Of a stretch of DNA of 64,000 nucleotides, positions 1 through 12,150 are shown one piece after another (the stretch's first letter is position 1; every line of letters begins with the position of its first letter). The translations under genes and the position numbers were made by a program. The notes beneath the pieces are model-generated. The model did no database searches and was not told where the DNA came from. It saw only the letters and a program-made list of their open reading frames with translations. This DNA comes from Lama glama (lineage: Eukaryota): NCBI GenBank assembly GCA_028534125.1, contig CM052817.1:33916001-33980000 (forward strand), read 5' to 3'.

Positions 1-763
1 GCTATTGCTGGAGCAGAACAGCTAGGTGGAACATCATGGCAGCCAACTCCGGATGGGTGGGCAAAGGATGGGAATCAATGAAGCAAGTGGAAAAGTTGCC
101 TCAACCAGGGTCAAGCTAAGGCCCACGGAACAGGGAGCCCTTACAGACCTTGTGCTGCATGCGGTGGGGAAGGTGGTGCGTTTTCCTCCTCTGCAGAAGT
201 CCTGCCATGAGTCTTCCAGTTTGGTACAACATGCTGTCAGACAGCCTGCCTCGGGGATGAAACCTTCTTTCTGCCTTGTGACCCTCCCCTCCATTGACTA
301 TTTCCTCCACTCTGAGGACCCGTGATCTGGGCAGTTCGCATAACTTCTCACCACCAGTACAGTCTCCTGGGCTGAGGTCTTTGTGGGCACTTACTCACTG
401 GCTAATTGCTGGCTGATTCACTGATGCTTTTACCACAAAACTTGTGATTCTCACATGGTTCTGAACCAGAACCAGGCTGAACCCATGTCCTCTGTTATTT
501 GCAGGTGGCCTTGTGCATTTCTTCCAGGGCACGCTCTAGTAAGTAGTCATGGTGCTGATGTCCTGATGGCTGCTGTCCCTGGAACTGTCCCTGATGGCTG
601 CTGTCCCCGAGGCTGTCACCTAATGACTTCATTCCCGAGGCTGTCCCTGATTGCCTTTGTTGCTGGGGCTGCTCCCAGAACTCTGCCTGATGCCGAGGAA
701 GAGAAGAGCATAGAATTCTAGGGTGGAGAAGCAAAGGTCCTCTGCTGGATAGGACTTGGTGGT

Positions 764-895
764 CAGTGATCATACATCTCTGTTTGGCTGGGATGTTCCC
801 CCTTAAGTCTGTTGCCCCAGTGTAGTTATTAATAACATCTTCTTTCCAATTTCAAAATGTTCTGGTGTGGATGATAAATTATGTATGATCACCCA
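764..895 (-). mobile_element. MER94-like hAT-Blackjack MITE
   Basis: 'gtagttattaataacatc...aaaatgttctggtgtggatgataaattatgtatgatcaccc' resembles the reverse of the MER94 consensus as recalled. Confidence 0.65.
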
Positions 896-1061
896 ACTTT
901 AGTGATCATCTAAAGTGGTTTTCAAGTTTTTCTTGAGCCTGGAAGAACTTTTCTTCAAACAGATACTTACTCCTGATGCCTGATGTGTAAAACAGAAAAA
1001 AGGAAAGCTGTTCTGGCTGAAGGGAGTGGAGGAGGCTGAATCACCACCTCCACACCACCCA

Positions 1062-1089
1062 ACACCCACACCCACACACACACACACAC
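1062..1089. repeat. imperfect (CA)n microsatellite
   Basis: acacccacacccacacacacacacacac read directly. Confidence 0.9.
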
Positions 1090-2444
1090 CCCATCTCCTT
1101 CACAATCATCCCATCTATGTGCTGGGACAGCCCTCTGCCCAGCAATGGGAGACTTAGAACTTAATGCATCATCTCTGGTACCCAGTACCTTAATTTAAAG
1201 ACAAGAGAACTGAGTGAAGGGATTACCTAAGTTCATATGACTGGTTCATGGAAGAACCCAAGATAGAAATCCATAGTGATGTCTCCACCATGCCAAGTCT
1301 CCTTCTTGTTTGCCAAATGGTCTTAAAACTTAGTGTCTATACATCCAACTTTCTGCTAGCTTTTCATAATATATGGATTTCTTCATGATATCTATTTTTA
1401 CTGTATATATATTCTTCTGTATATATTTGCTGTATATGTTGAAGGATGTACCTCCTATAAAATTTATATGACATTTCTATCATGAGGAAAGTGGTCAGGA
1501 GTTAAAAGCCATCCAGTTTACACTTGAGACATCCACAAAGCACACAATAAGGGGATTGCTTCGTGCTAAGGTAACTCAGTATGAATTGTGTACGTATTAT
1601 TAAAGTAAATAGTGCTCAGGGACAAATGCCTTTTCTAGAGACTGTATCCTTGAAAATATTTTGATGGTCTTCATTAATCCCAAGAAGCAGCCCTCAGAAA
1701 GTCAAACAGGAAGCCAAGCTCATGCTGTTGTATAAAACAAACACTTGTCCCTCCCAGAGCCTCCCCAGCACAGAGCCCTCCCTTTGTCTGAGCACTTCGT
1801 TTGGAACAACAGTTGGCAAATCTAAGAGGAAACAGTGCTCTATCTTGCAAGCACACAGCTCCTGCAAGCCCCTCGTCATTTAAATATCTACCCACCTTCC
1901 CCGCTACCTTCTGCCCCCATCTGCCAGCCAGGCAGTTTCAACTTGAACCCTGTGCAGAAAAAGCAGATACTAAATGCAAATCAGAAAGCGATGCAACCAT
2001 TTTATGGCCCAAGGAAGGCCAGCGGGAGGGAGGCAGTGTCCCGTGGAGGGCAGCCTGCTGGTGGCAGCTTCCGGGGGGAGGGCAGGGTTGCGTTTCTTTC
2101 TTTTAAGCTTGCTTTAGTTTGACCCAAGCCCCGAGCGTTTCTCAGGGGAATCCCTGAGCCTGTAACCCTGGCCCACACCAACTAATCTGTCCACAGTCAG
2201 AGAGCAATCATTTCCCTCTCCTGGGGTAGAAGAGAAACAGCCTGACGAGGCAGGGCTGAGCACAGGCTTGCTGCCTTCTCACCTGCTGACGCAGAGTATT
2301 TGCATAGCCGGGATTCTGAGGAAACGCTCAAGCGCATCACCATCACCGCAGAAGCTCTGGGTAATCTATGCAAAGTATGTTCCCCTGATCTGAGGCAGAG
2401 AGAACCAGTGGGCTGACACTGGAAACAATATAGTAGACATAAAA

Positions 2445-2660
2445 TCTAATGTTATTGAACCCCTATTTTGGGCTATTTCCTCGAATTCAAGCCTCACACA
2501 TACCCTTTTAGGTGGTAACTACGATGATCCCATTTCAGAGATGCGGAAACAGGGCTTGCTGAAGATGAAAGGACTTCCCCAGTTGCTCTGCGAGGAAGTG
2601 ATGGATTGAGGATTTGAACCCATGCAGTGGAGCGCCAGAGTCCGCCTCGTAGCCACCAAA
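2445..2660 (-). mobile_element. MIR SINE
   Basis: Reverse MIR core 'cccatttcagagatgcggaaacagg...ggatttgaaccca'. Confidence 0.75.
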
Positions 2661-2694
2661 TCCAGGGAACACCTAGGCCCAGGGCTGAGGCTGC

Positions 2695-2830
2695 CCAGTC
2701 TTCTCTGTGTTCACAGATCACTGGGGGCCCTGTCAGAAAGCATGTTCTGATTCAGGAGTTCCGGGACACCCCAGACACTCTGCATTTCTAACAAACTCCC
2801 AAGCAATGCCAACACTGCTGCCGGCTGCGA
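2695..2830. mobile_element. MER5A-like hAT-Charlie MITE fragment
   Basis: 'tctgattcagga...tctgcatttctaacaaactccca' is a MER5A hallmark. Confidence 0.7.
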
Positions 2831-2835
2831 AGGCC

Positions 2836-3087
2836 CCCGGGCAGCCCTTTCCTGTGAAGGGCCGGATAGGGAGTACTCTAGGCTTTGTGCGGCACGTCAC
2901 ACAGTCTCTGTTGCATACTCTTCTTTTTCTTTTTATAATTTAAAGAATGAAATAATTATTAAAATCTTAAATAATTAAAATTTAATATAAATATTAAATT
3001 TTGTACAAGCTTTAGAAAAGAGCATCACCCTTAGCTCTTGGCCCCGGGGCTGCAGTTGGCCCAGGCAGCAGTGCACGGTCCCCTGAC
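2836..3087 (+). mobile_element. MER58-family hAT-Charlie MITE
   Basis: 'ttcctgtgaagggccggataggg...taggctttgtgcggc...gtctctgttgcatactctt', ending in 'cccctg'. Confidence 0.7.
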
Positions 3088-3919
3088 CTAGAGCACTGTG
3101 GGTAGGGAGGTCGCCAGGCCCACGAGCGGGTGGGGATCATCTCCAGACAGTGGATATGAGCTGCAGGCTGCTCTTCAATTAGGTGTGGTCTTCGGGGCAG
3201 TAAGACCCCAGACAGGCTGCCTCCACAGTGGCCAGTCTGGGTGACAGAGAGGAGGGAGGCTGACCTATCCCAGAAGGAATCGGTTGGGATGGTGAGGGGT
3301 CTGGACTCCCAGGCATGCAGAGAGGGCTGGAGACATAGGGGTCTGCAGTCTTGGGGACCAGAGGAGAGAGAGGGAATGGTCCACACACTGCTGAGCTTTT
3401 TTACCACTGGTGTAGCAGGGGCGGGAGGTTATCAAAGGGGCTTTCGAGATGGGTGGGAGGATAAACCCCTTTGACTCAGAGTCTGGGATCCTGTGATGCT
3501 AACGTGCCAGGCTAATCTGATGCTGTCGTGAGATAATCTGCACGCACAGGATCTGATTCTCCCCAGGGTTTATCAGCAACCACGACTCAGAGCAGCTGCT
3601 GAGATCAGCCCCTTGCCCCCTTATCTCTTGGCCCAGCCAGGGAACAGGAGGCTGAAATTTCCCCACCGCTCTGGGGGAAAGGGCAATCACCTCAAGCCCC
3701 AAGCTCCAAAGTAGCAAATGAGGACTGCCTGCTCAAGGGCCTCGGCCAGATCCTGGAGACCCTGTTGCTTCTCCATCTTTCTCATAACTCCAGAATGAGG
3801 TGACATCATCTCACTTCCAGGAATTCATTCTCTAAAATAATTATGAATGTGAATAAAGATTTCTCCTCCCTAAGGTGCAAAAACCCATTGTTTCTTGCTT
3901 CTTCATCCACCACCACGTG

Positions 3920-4136
3920 TTTTTTCTAATTATCGAAGTGCAGTCAATTTGCAATGTTGTGTTAATTTCTAGTGTACAGCATAGTGATTCATTTATACAT
4001 ATATATATATATCCCTTTTCATATTCTTTTTCATTATAAGTCATTACAGGGTATTGAATAGACTTCCCTGTGCTACACAGTAGGACCTTGTTGTTTATCT
4101 ATTTTATAGTACTTAGTATTTACAAATCCTGAACTC
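3920..4136 (-). mobile_element. 5'-truncated L1 3'UTR fragment (cetartiodactyl type)
   Basis: T-rich tail, then 'tgtacagcatagtgattc...tccctgtgctacacagtaggaccttgttgtttatc'. Confidence 0.85.
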
Positions 4137-4279
4137 ACACCCACCACCATGTTTTATAGATCCAGCCAGTAGCTGTGTGTAACCAGATCTGTTTCTTGGA
4201 ACTGCTGCATAAACTCCACATGCAACATAGTTAGCCTTTCCATTCTCCAGGGAGGCTCATCCAAGATACCACCAACTTC

Positions 4280-5390
4280 TTGTCATCACACACAATGCTG
4301 TGATGAAAACCTTATGCATCTTCCTTTATGGACATGGGTAAGAAATTCCTTGTGATCTCCAACCAGCAGTGAAATTGCTGGGTTATGAGGTATGTGAACA
4401 TTTAATGTGACTTTATCTTGGTGGACAACCCTGGAGGAAAACAGCACCAGTCCATCCTCCCACCAGCAGTAGAGCAAGGTCTTAGTCCCACCTCTCTCCC
4501 AACACTTGACATTAACTATCTTCTAGTTTTTCTAGTCTAAATACTTATAAAGGGATGACCATTGTTGTTTTAGTTTGTGCTTCTCTGATGACTCACGAAT
4601 TGGAGCCTTTCTTTTTTCTTGTATGTATATTTTTATTGAAGTATACTCAGTTTACAAAGTGTCAGTCTCTGGTGACAGCATAATGTTTCAGTCATACATG
4701 AACATACATATGTTTGTTTTCATATTCTTTTTCACCATAAGTTACTACAAGATATTGAATATAGTTCCCTGTGCGAGACAGCATGAACTCATTGTTTATC
4801 TGTTTTATATACGTTAGTATCTGCAAATCTCGACGAGTTCGAGCATTTCTGCACGTGCTTATTAGCCTTTGGTTTTCTTTCTTTTTTGTTAACTCTCTGT
4901 TGCCACTCTTCATCTATTTTCCCAATTCGATTGCTGATTTTTATCTTGGTTTGCAGGAGTGTCTGGAATATTCTAGAATCTAGATATCAGTCTTATGCGA
5001 GTTTTAGGCTTTGCTGGTATCTTCCCTCAGTCGGTTTGTGCCTTGCCCATGGTGTTGTTGGCTGAACAGCAGTCTTTAAAATGAATATAATTAAATATAT
5101 TAATATTTTAGCCCCTGGTTTATGCTTTTTTTTCCAGTTTTGCACACAAAGTCCATCTATAACCCCAGATCACAGGAAATTCTCCTACGTTTTATCTTTT
5201 ACATGTCACATGTAGGTCATCATATCATCTGGAATTTGCCCTTGAGCAAAGTTATAGGGAAGGTTCTAATTTTTTTTTTCAGTTTCCCCAATACCATCTC
5301 ATCCACCTAACAAACCTTCCCTTTCTTTTTGATTTGTGGTGCCACTTTGTCATATATTAAATTCCCATATATCCATAGGTCTGTTTCTGA
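4280..5390 (-). mobile_element. ancient L1M (L1ME-like) fragment interrupted by a younger L1
   Basis: Degenerate reverse L1 ORF2-end/3'UTR motifs ('gaaattgctgggttatgagg', 'gtgcttattagcc') continue on both sides of the nested insert. Confidence 0.65.
4612..4833 (-). mobile_element. younger L1 3'UTR fragment with degenerate 16-bp TSD
   Basis: Flanks cgaattggagcctttc (4596-4611) and cgagttcgagcatttc (4834-4849), 13/16 identical; body 'ttattgaagtatactcagtttac...gttccctgtgc'. Confidence 0.85.
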
Positions 5391-5907
5391 GCTGGTAGCA
5401 AAGAGTTAGTGCCAGTGATATTCACTGTATATATTATTTTTAATAAAAATGCAAATAACTCTGATGTGCAACAGTTGAGAACAGATGAAATTAATCACAG
5501 TACATCTAGACAAGTAAACTACCATGCAGGGATTAAAACTGATACAGCAGAAGGTGGCACAATGCCATGGATGGTTGTGTTTTATTGCTGAGTAGAAATA
5601 GCAGATTCCAAAATAGCATAGAGTAAATGATCTTAAATATGTAATAAAAAATGTGTATGATTGGTAGACACTCTACCAATTGGTAAATACCCAACTGTAA
5701 TTGGTAATTGGGAGAGTAAACACTCAAATAGTATTGGTGGCTCTTTATGGACATTAGGATTCTGATGACTGTCAAGTAAAGGAGGGGTCCAGTGATAGAA
5801 CAGTAGAAAACTCTGTCTTTCCAGTGGAGACACATTCAGCTGCAAAGTCCTACAGCAGTCTACCATCAGTGATAAGGGAAGGAGACAGGAAGGTAGGAAG
5901 ATCTGAA

Positions 5908-6068
5908 CTTCTCAAATTTTAAGGTACACATCAATTACCTGGGGACCCTGTTAAAGTGCAGATTTATTTGTATTCAGTGAGTGGGGAGGGATCTGAGATT
6001 CTGCATTTCTAACAAGCTCCCAAGGGATGCTGAGACTCCTGGGCTGGAACCTCATTTTGGGTAGCAAG
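5908..6068. mobile_element. MER5A/MER5A1 hAT-Charlie MITE
   Basis: 'tacctggggaccctgttaaagtgcagatt...gagattctgcatttctaacaagctccca...tttgggtagcaag'. Confidence 0.8.
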
Positions 6069-7239
6069 ACACTACAAAGCTGATCCATCTCTGCTTCTGG
6101 ACAAGGTGTTGAGGCTGGACCAGGAACCAACAGCTTTTACAGGTTACTTAGACAAGACAATGGAAAATGGAGGGTTTAGTTTAGGTGTTGCTGTATGTTG
6201 TCTTGAGATTGTTGGTTTGGGAGGGGCAGAGCATGGAGATGTGTATATAAGAACTGAAATATCGCCTTTATCAGTAGTAAATATGGACCAGTGGACCTCC
6301 GCCTGTCTTCTTCCCCTTCCCTTCCCTGCAGTTGGATGTAGCCACCAATCCCTCTCAGCAGTAAGGCTTGAGGTTGAGATAGGAAAGCGGGTGAGAGCCG
6401 CCTGGCCCCAGGAAGCTAGTCTCATGGACAGGGTGCACCTGGAAGAGTTGAGGGCAACCCCTAAGCCCCCTCAAGAACCTGTCCCTGATGGCAAGTTTGA
6501 GGAGCATCAACTTCAAGTCAAGGTCCCAACTATCACTGAGAAAAGAGTCAGGGACCTATACCCACCCTAGATGGTTAGAAAGCCCCTCCCTCTTCATTGC
6601 CTACTCTGGCCTGCTGCTGCTCTCCAGCCCTGATAACCTGTTTTGTAGGCAAACACAATTATGTCTCCCTTACCAAACTGCTCAAAACTGCCATTACAAA
6701 CAGATTCTTCTTGATAGGCCTGGCTATTTCAACTGGCATCACAGACAAAGGAACTCACACAATAAATATCTGTTGGCTGATTGTCAGCTCAGTGTGCGGT
6801 CTCCACAAAGCCCCCTACAACGTTTCCATTGTGTTCTTACTTGTGAGCATTTAGAGCCCTGTCATCAGCATATACAAACCCCTGTTATCATTCCTATGTA
6901 ACTAACATGGATTTCACATTTCATATGTGCCAGTACTTTCACATTTGTTATACCACCTCATCCCTAAAAGAATCCTCAGAGCTAGAAATGACAATATCTA
7001 GATTCAGAGAGGCTAAGTAACTTGCCCAGAGTAACACAGGCTGTAAGTGAGCAACCCCTAATGAAGGGAAGGAAGATCGAAGGTGATGACAAGTGGGTTG
7101 TGGGGATATGTTGGAGAATGTATCTTGAAAGGAGCTTTTGGCTCAGAGTGAAGGAAAAGCCCTGAGAGACAGTATGTTCCTGTACTCCTAACTAGAATAG
7201 GCCTCCAGCAGTGTTTCCTAGGCTATTGGAGAAGAGTCA

Positions 7240-7766
7240 TTGCCCACCTCTTCCTTGTTAATAGAACTCTGGTTTGGTTCAAATGCCGTGCATATAGCCC
7301 CAGGGGATGATCACCACTGATCTGAGCTAGTCATGACAATCTCCTTCCTCTTTACCAGTGATTGATTTCATTGTGGGCATCTGATCAGACATGAGATGAA
7401 AAAGAAGATCTATGGGGAGTTCTAGGAAAGGTTTCCTCCCTGATAAGATAGAGAGCCATAAAGAGAAAGTCCCTTTCCCACAACCAACCTTCCTTCCTTC
7501 CTGCTTAGGCTAATGTAACATGAAGATGTGATACTTTGCACTTAGGCAGCCATCTTGTAACCATGAGGAGAAACGTAGCTATATACACTGACAATGACAG
7601 AGCTAAAGATGGTAAGTGACTAGGGTCCTTGATGATTTTGTTGAACAACCAAACAGTCCTGGAACATCTACCTCCAGACTTCTTGAAAATGAGATAATGA
7701 AGTATCTTTATAATTTAGCCTGTTGGTCAGATATTCTGTTACAGGCAAAAGCATCATACTGATAGA
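7240..7766 (+). mobile_element. MLT1 (ERVL-MaLR) solo LTR, G-J type
   Basis: 'ggcagccatcttgtaaccatgagg', 'acctccagacttctt', terminal 'aagcatcatactgata'. Confidence 0.75.
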
Positions 7767-8049
7767 AGATCCTTCACTCAGCTTCCCTTCTAGTAAGAGG
7801 CTAAGCACTTCTACACAAATGCCTCTGTCTTAGCTTGATGTCCTTGTATAGAATTGCCCTTCCTCTGGTCTCCTCGGTGTCTTCTTCCCAGGGTTTCTTT
7901 GTGTCCATGATTGGCTTAGTCTAGCACTGGCTACAAATCAGAGTCTTCATTATTCTACAGTAGACAGTCTTCTCTTCTACTTTTTTTTTTTCATCTTTGC
8001 AAAACTCAACTTACCTCCTTATGGAAGTCTTCCCAGATATAACAGGACT

Positions 8050-8460
8050 AGGTCATGGTATATGATTCTTTAAATGTGCTGTTTGCTAGCATTTTGTTGA
8101 AAATTTCTGCATCATCAGGGATATTAACCTATAGCTTTCTTTTCCTGTAGTGTCCTTATGTGGCTTTGGTATCAGAGTAATGCTGGCCTTAAAAATGAGT
8201 TTAGAGTGCTCACTCTTCTTCAGTTTTTTGCAAGAGTTTGAGAAGGATTGGCATTAATTCTTTCTTAAGTGTTTGGTAGAATTCACCCATAAAGACATCT
8301 GGTTCTGGGCTTTTCTTTGTTGGCAGGTTTTTGATTACTGAGTCAGTCTTTTATATACAGCATACTTAGATCTTATTTTTTAAACCCATTAAACAACTGT
8401 ATGGCTTTTGATTGGAAAATTTAATTTGTTTACATTTAAAGTAATTATTGATAGGTAATA
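8050..8460 (-). mobile_element. decayed L1 ORF2 fragments (pre-RT region joined to endonuclease N-terminus)
   Basis: Reverse strand resembles L1 ORF2 'PDGF.GEFYQT.KEEL.PILLKL...ASITLIPKP' (8050-8348) and 'SIITLNVN' (about 8430-8455); frames broken. Confidence 0.85.
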
Positions 8461-8469
8461 ATGCCATCT

Positions 8470-8873
8470 CATAGTAGTTTATTTGGAGATGATTCCAGGA
8501 AATATGCATAGGGGAGTGGGAAAGTGAGACAGGGAAGGAAAGGAGGCCAGTAAGTGCCTGTTACTAAGCAAGTTACTGCTGTGAAGAGCTGGAGCGTGAG
8601 CCTTCCAGGGAAATCTGGGGACATCGTAGAGTATGTGCCTCTGAGTCATCACCCTCAAGGGGCGAGGGATCCGGAGGACTTATACATCAGCTCCTGTCAG
8701 TCATTGGTTGAGGGCTGCTTCCAGAAGACAGTAATTCCCCAGCATGCCTGACTGACCACACGTGGACAGAGAAACCCCTCAGGAGAGTGATGGTGGCATG
8801 GAACTTGGGCTGGCATGAGCTGAAGTTGGTGAGGGCTGAAGGGACACAGGGAGGATCCCACTGTGTCTGCTAC
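8470..8873 (-). mobile_element. LTR33-like ERVL solo LTR
   Basis: 'tttatttggagatgattccaggaa...ggaaagtgagacagggaagg', ending gtgtctgctaca (TGTAGCAGACAC start on minus). Confidence 0.7.
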
Positions 8874-8874
8874 A

Positions 8875-9010
8875 TTTAGTTTTCTCACCTTGAAAATGGA
8901 GCAATGATAGTACCTATCTTATAGAATTATCAGGAGGTTTAGGTAAGCTAAGAAAGTGCTTCAATCAGAGCCCAGCATAGAGTAAGCACCACTTAAGTGT
9001 TAGTTGTTAT
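8875..9010 (+). mobile_element. MIR SINE 3' part
   Basis: 'aaaatggagcaatgatagtacctatcttatag...cccagcatagagtaagcac'. Confidence 0.75.
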
Positions 9011-10019
9011 CATTTGAAGTTCTTTGCCTTTCTGTGGTGTAAAAGCTTCTTTTTTTCCTACCACACCTCTCAAGAATGTGGAGTTGTTTAAACTCATGAG
9101 TGATGTGGGAGAAGAGGGCCTCTGTGGAACAAGAGGAGGGGCTGACATTCACCCGAGGTCCATGCTGCACAGACAGAGCTAGTCCACATGGGAGCAGAGG
9201 TCATGGGGAGAGGGCGGCAAGGCTGCAAACCTTCAGCTGCCAGTTTGCACACAATCTGAAAGGATGTGGGATTCTGTGGGGCACGGATTTGGGAATTTGC
9301 ACCCAGTTCTTCTATATCTCAAAAAACATGAAAGCCACAGCTGCCGTCTGGGTTATGTACCAGACTGTAAGCTTCCAGAAGGCAGGGACTCTGCTCTCAT
9401 TGTTGGATTCGCCCTAACTCACTCCTAGCTCATGGTGGACACTCAATAACTGAGTATTGAGTAGATGAGCATGAAAAGAGCTCAGAAAACCGGAAAGTGC
9501 TTGTTTACATTGAAAATTTCGACTGAGGGGTATCATTCCCAGATGTAGCCCCTCCGCTAGTGCCCTCTTGTCTCCCCTGCCTCTCAGCCACCAAGGACAC
9601 AGTTGCACTTGACCCCAGCATGGGTGAGTGTGCCACTCTCTGCAGCCTCACATAGAATACAAAGGACAAGCACTAAGTGTTTATACCAACACACACATTT
9701 TAAATGGGCCCTCACTTCTTCCTGAAAGGAATCCACAAACCCTGTTGGGACTGAAAACATTCTATATTTATGTAGCGCCAGTTAGTGAGAGAACGCAAAG
9801 TGCTCAGCAGATATGATCTCATTAGTCCTCACAACAGTCCTGAGGGAAGAAGCTGGCGAGAGTGCTTATCCCCCCGGACAGCTGAGAACACAGAGGCTCA
9901 GGAGGCCGAGCGATGCGCGGCAGAGCAGCCAGGGGGTACCCCAGGGGCCAGAGGACCGGCAAGGGAATGGAAAACCAAAGAGAGAAAGTACAAGGATTCT
10001 GTCTCATTCCGTGGACCAA

Positions 10020-10500
10020 GGGGTGTCACAAAGGTGTGGCCTCCATGGTCACTGCAGCATCACAGGGACAGCAAAACCTGGCAATGACCCAGTGTCTCAG
10101 TGCAGAACCTGATAAATGGAGTATGGTACAAACAATGAAATACTACTCAGCTGTTAAAAAGGATCTGTGTGTTCCGACATTGAATGATGTCTAAGACATT
10201 TATATGAAAAATGCAAGTTGCAAAATAATATATATATAATATAATGTGATTACTATAAAATAGATATTCTATAATATTAAGGGAAAAGTCTTAAAGAATG
10301 TGCACCAAATTATATATGACATATAATCATATATGTCTTTGTGTGTTAGTATTTTCAAGGAAGGTCTAGAAGAGTGTGTAACAATAGGCATCAATATAGG
10401 TTGAATTAAAGTGACTTTTATTTTCTCAATCACGTTTGTTGAATGTTGAGATTTTCTGCAATGTTCATGTTTTTCTCTGGCAACCAGATTAAAATTTTCT
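10020..10500 (+). mobile_element. ancient L1ME/L1MC 3' region
   Basis: 'acaatgaaatactactcagctgttaaaaag', 'aaaatgcaagttgcaaaa'. Confidence 0.65.
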
Positions 10501-10969
10501 AAAAACCAGAAAAAGGGAAATCCTTTCTGTCACCTGAAAAGTATTAAAAATGAACAATAAAGCTATCATAATATGCTTATATTATTCTCTTTCATTAAAA
10601 AAGAAAACCAGAAGTGTTTTCCCTGATGTGAAGAATTTGGAAAAATTCCACTAGAGTTCCTATTTAGTTCCTACTGTGCCATGAAATTTGGATCAGATAC
10701 TCTATTTTGTAAACATATGGTCCTGCATCTGCAAAACCAAAATACAGAATAGAAATCTGTCTGCTTTTTCCTTGATATTTTTATACATGAGACAGACCTG
10801 ACTGTTTCACACAGTGGATAACAAACTGTAAGAGAAGGGCAAACAACCCTACCCCAAGAAAGGATTCAGAATGTCAACAACTCGACATTTTCATGAGCTC
10901 TTGGACAACAGACATAAACTGTGTTATGTCATTAAACTTTAACTTTAAAAACTCAGTTTGTTGTATTTC

Positions 10970-11080
10970 ACAACAAAGCATACATATTTAATGCTACTGA
11001 ACTGTACACTTGAATGTGGCTAAGATGGTGAGTTTTATGCTGTGTGCTTCTTACCACAATAAAGCAAACAAAAAAAAAAA
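10970..11080 (+). mobile_element. L1MB-type extreme 3' end with poly(A)
   Basis: 'ttaatgctactgaactgtacacttgaatgtggctaagatggtgagttttatg...ttaccacaataaa' followed by an A-run. Confidence 0.8.
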
Positions 11081-11679
11081 CCCAAAGCCCCAACCCAAAA
11101 CTCAAATGGCTGAAGATGCAGTAAAGAAAGGAGAGGCTGGGGTCACAGGGCTAGTTCAAGTTTCAGGTCTTGAAATGTGGCCTTAGACAGGTTACATTCC
11201 TTTGTCCGGTTCTTGTCCACATGTCTGAGTGGCTGTCATGTGCCAGGCACAGCGGGTAAGGTAGATACAGCGGCTAGCAGGAGGGGAGGCGACCCCACCC
11301 TGATGCAGTGACCTCACCTCTCAACCACAAGTGCCTGTTTGAAAGTAAGGAAGAATAAAACATAAGCCACCCATGCTTTATGAGAAGCTGGGAATGTATC
11401 CCCGAGACCAGGACTTGTCTGTGAGGATCTCAAAATCTCATGGGAGACACACAGATGGAGCAATATCTGCACTCAGATCGTCTTCTGCTCAGGACAGGGA
11501 CTTTCTGCAGCCTCCTGCCCTTGCAGCATCTCAGCCACCTGCAAAGGGACAAGAACAGGAAAGGTAAGTTTGCGTGTCCTCATCTTCCTTTACCAGCGGG
11601 GTTGGGTGAGGCACCAGTGGAGGATGAAAACCATGAAGGTCACAAGGACTCTTCTGCGTTCACAGGGGAGGGCCCTTGG

Positions 11680-12150
11680 GTAATGACAGCAGAATGAGTG
11701 GAGCTGCTTCATGTCAGGCACTGCGCTGAGCGTTCAGCATCCCCGCGAGCCCTCAGACCCACCGCCCTGCAAGGCGGTCAGGGTGACACTGATGATGACT
11801 GTGGCCTTGCTGGGCTCTGTGCTGAGTGCTTTGTCTGTACCGACTCATTGAATGCCCACAACGACACCACAAGGGAAACACTTTTATTACTCCCTTTTTG
11901 CAAATGAGGAAAGCAAGGTGCAGAGAGAATCAGCCAGCTAGCAAGTGGTGGAGGCGAGATGAAAATGCAGGCAATTAAAACGTAGAGCGCAAGATCCTAA
12001 CCCTTAAAGCCGAGTCTTCACGTATTACAGGTAAGGAAACTGAGGCTCAGTGAAGCTAAGGGATCTGTCCATGAGCCCGCGTGGAGAGCTAGGCTTGGCA
12101 CCAGCAACATCTGACTTCAGAGCCTCTAGTCTGTAAACTCTGACACTCTC
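11680..12150 (-). mobile_element. cluster of MIR fragments
   Basis: MIR cores 'ttttgcaaatgaggaaagcaagg' and 'tacaggtaaggaaactgaggctcag'. Confidence 0.7.

Noticed and set aside
6106..6901. Overlapping 154-aa and 137-aa ORFs in mostly unique DNA
   Set aside because: They have non-ATG or weak starts, no recognisable domain or splice structure, and lengths compatible with chance.
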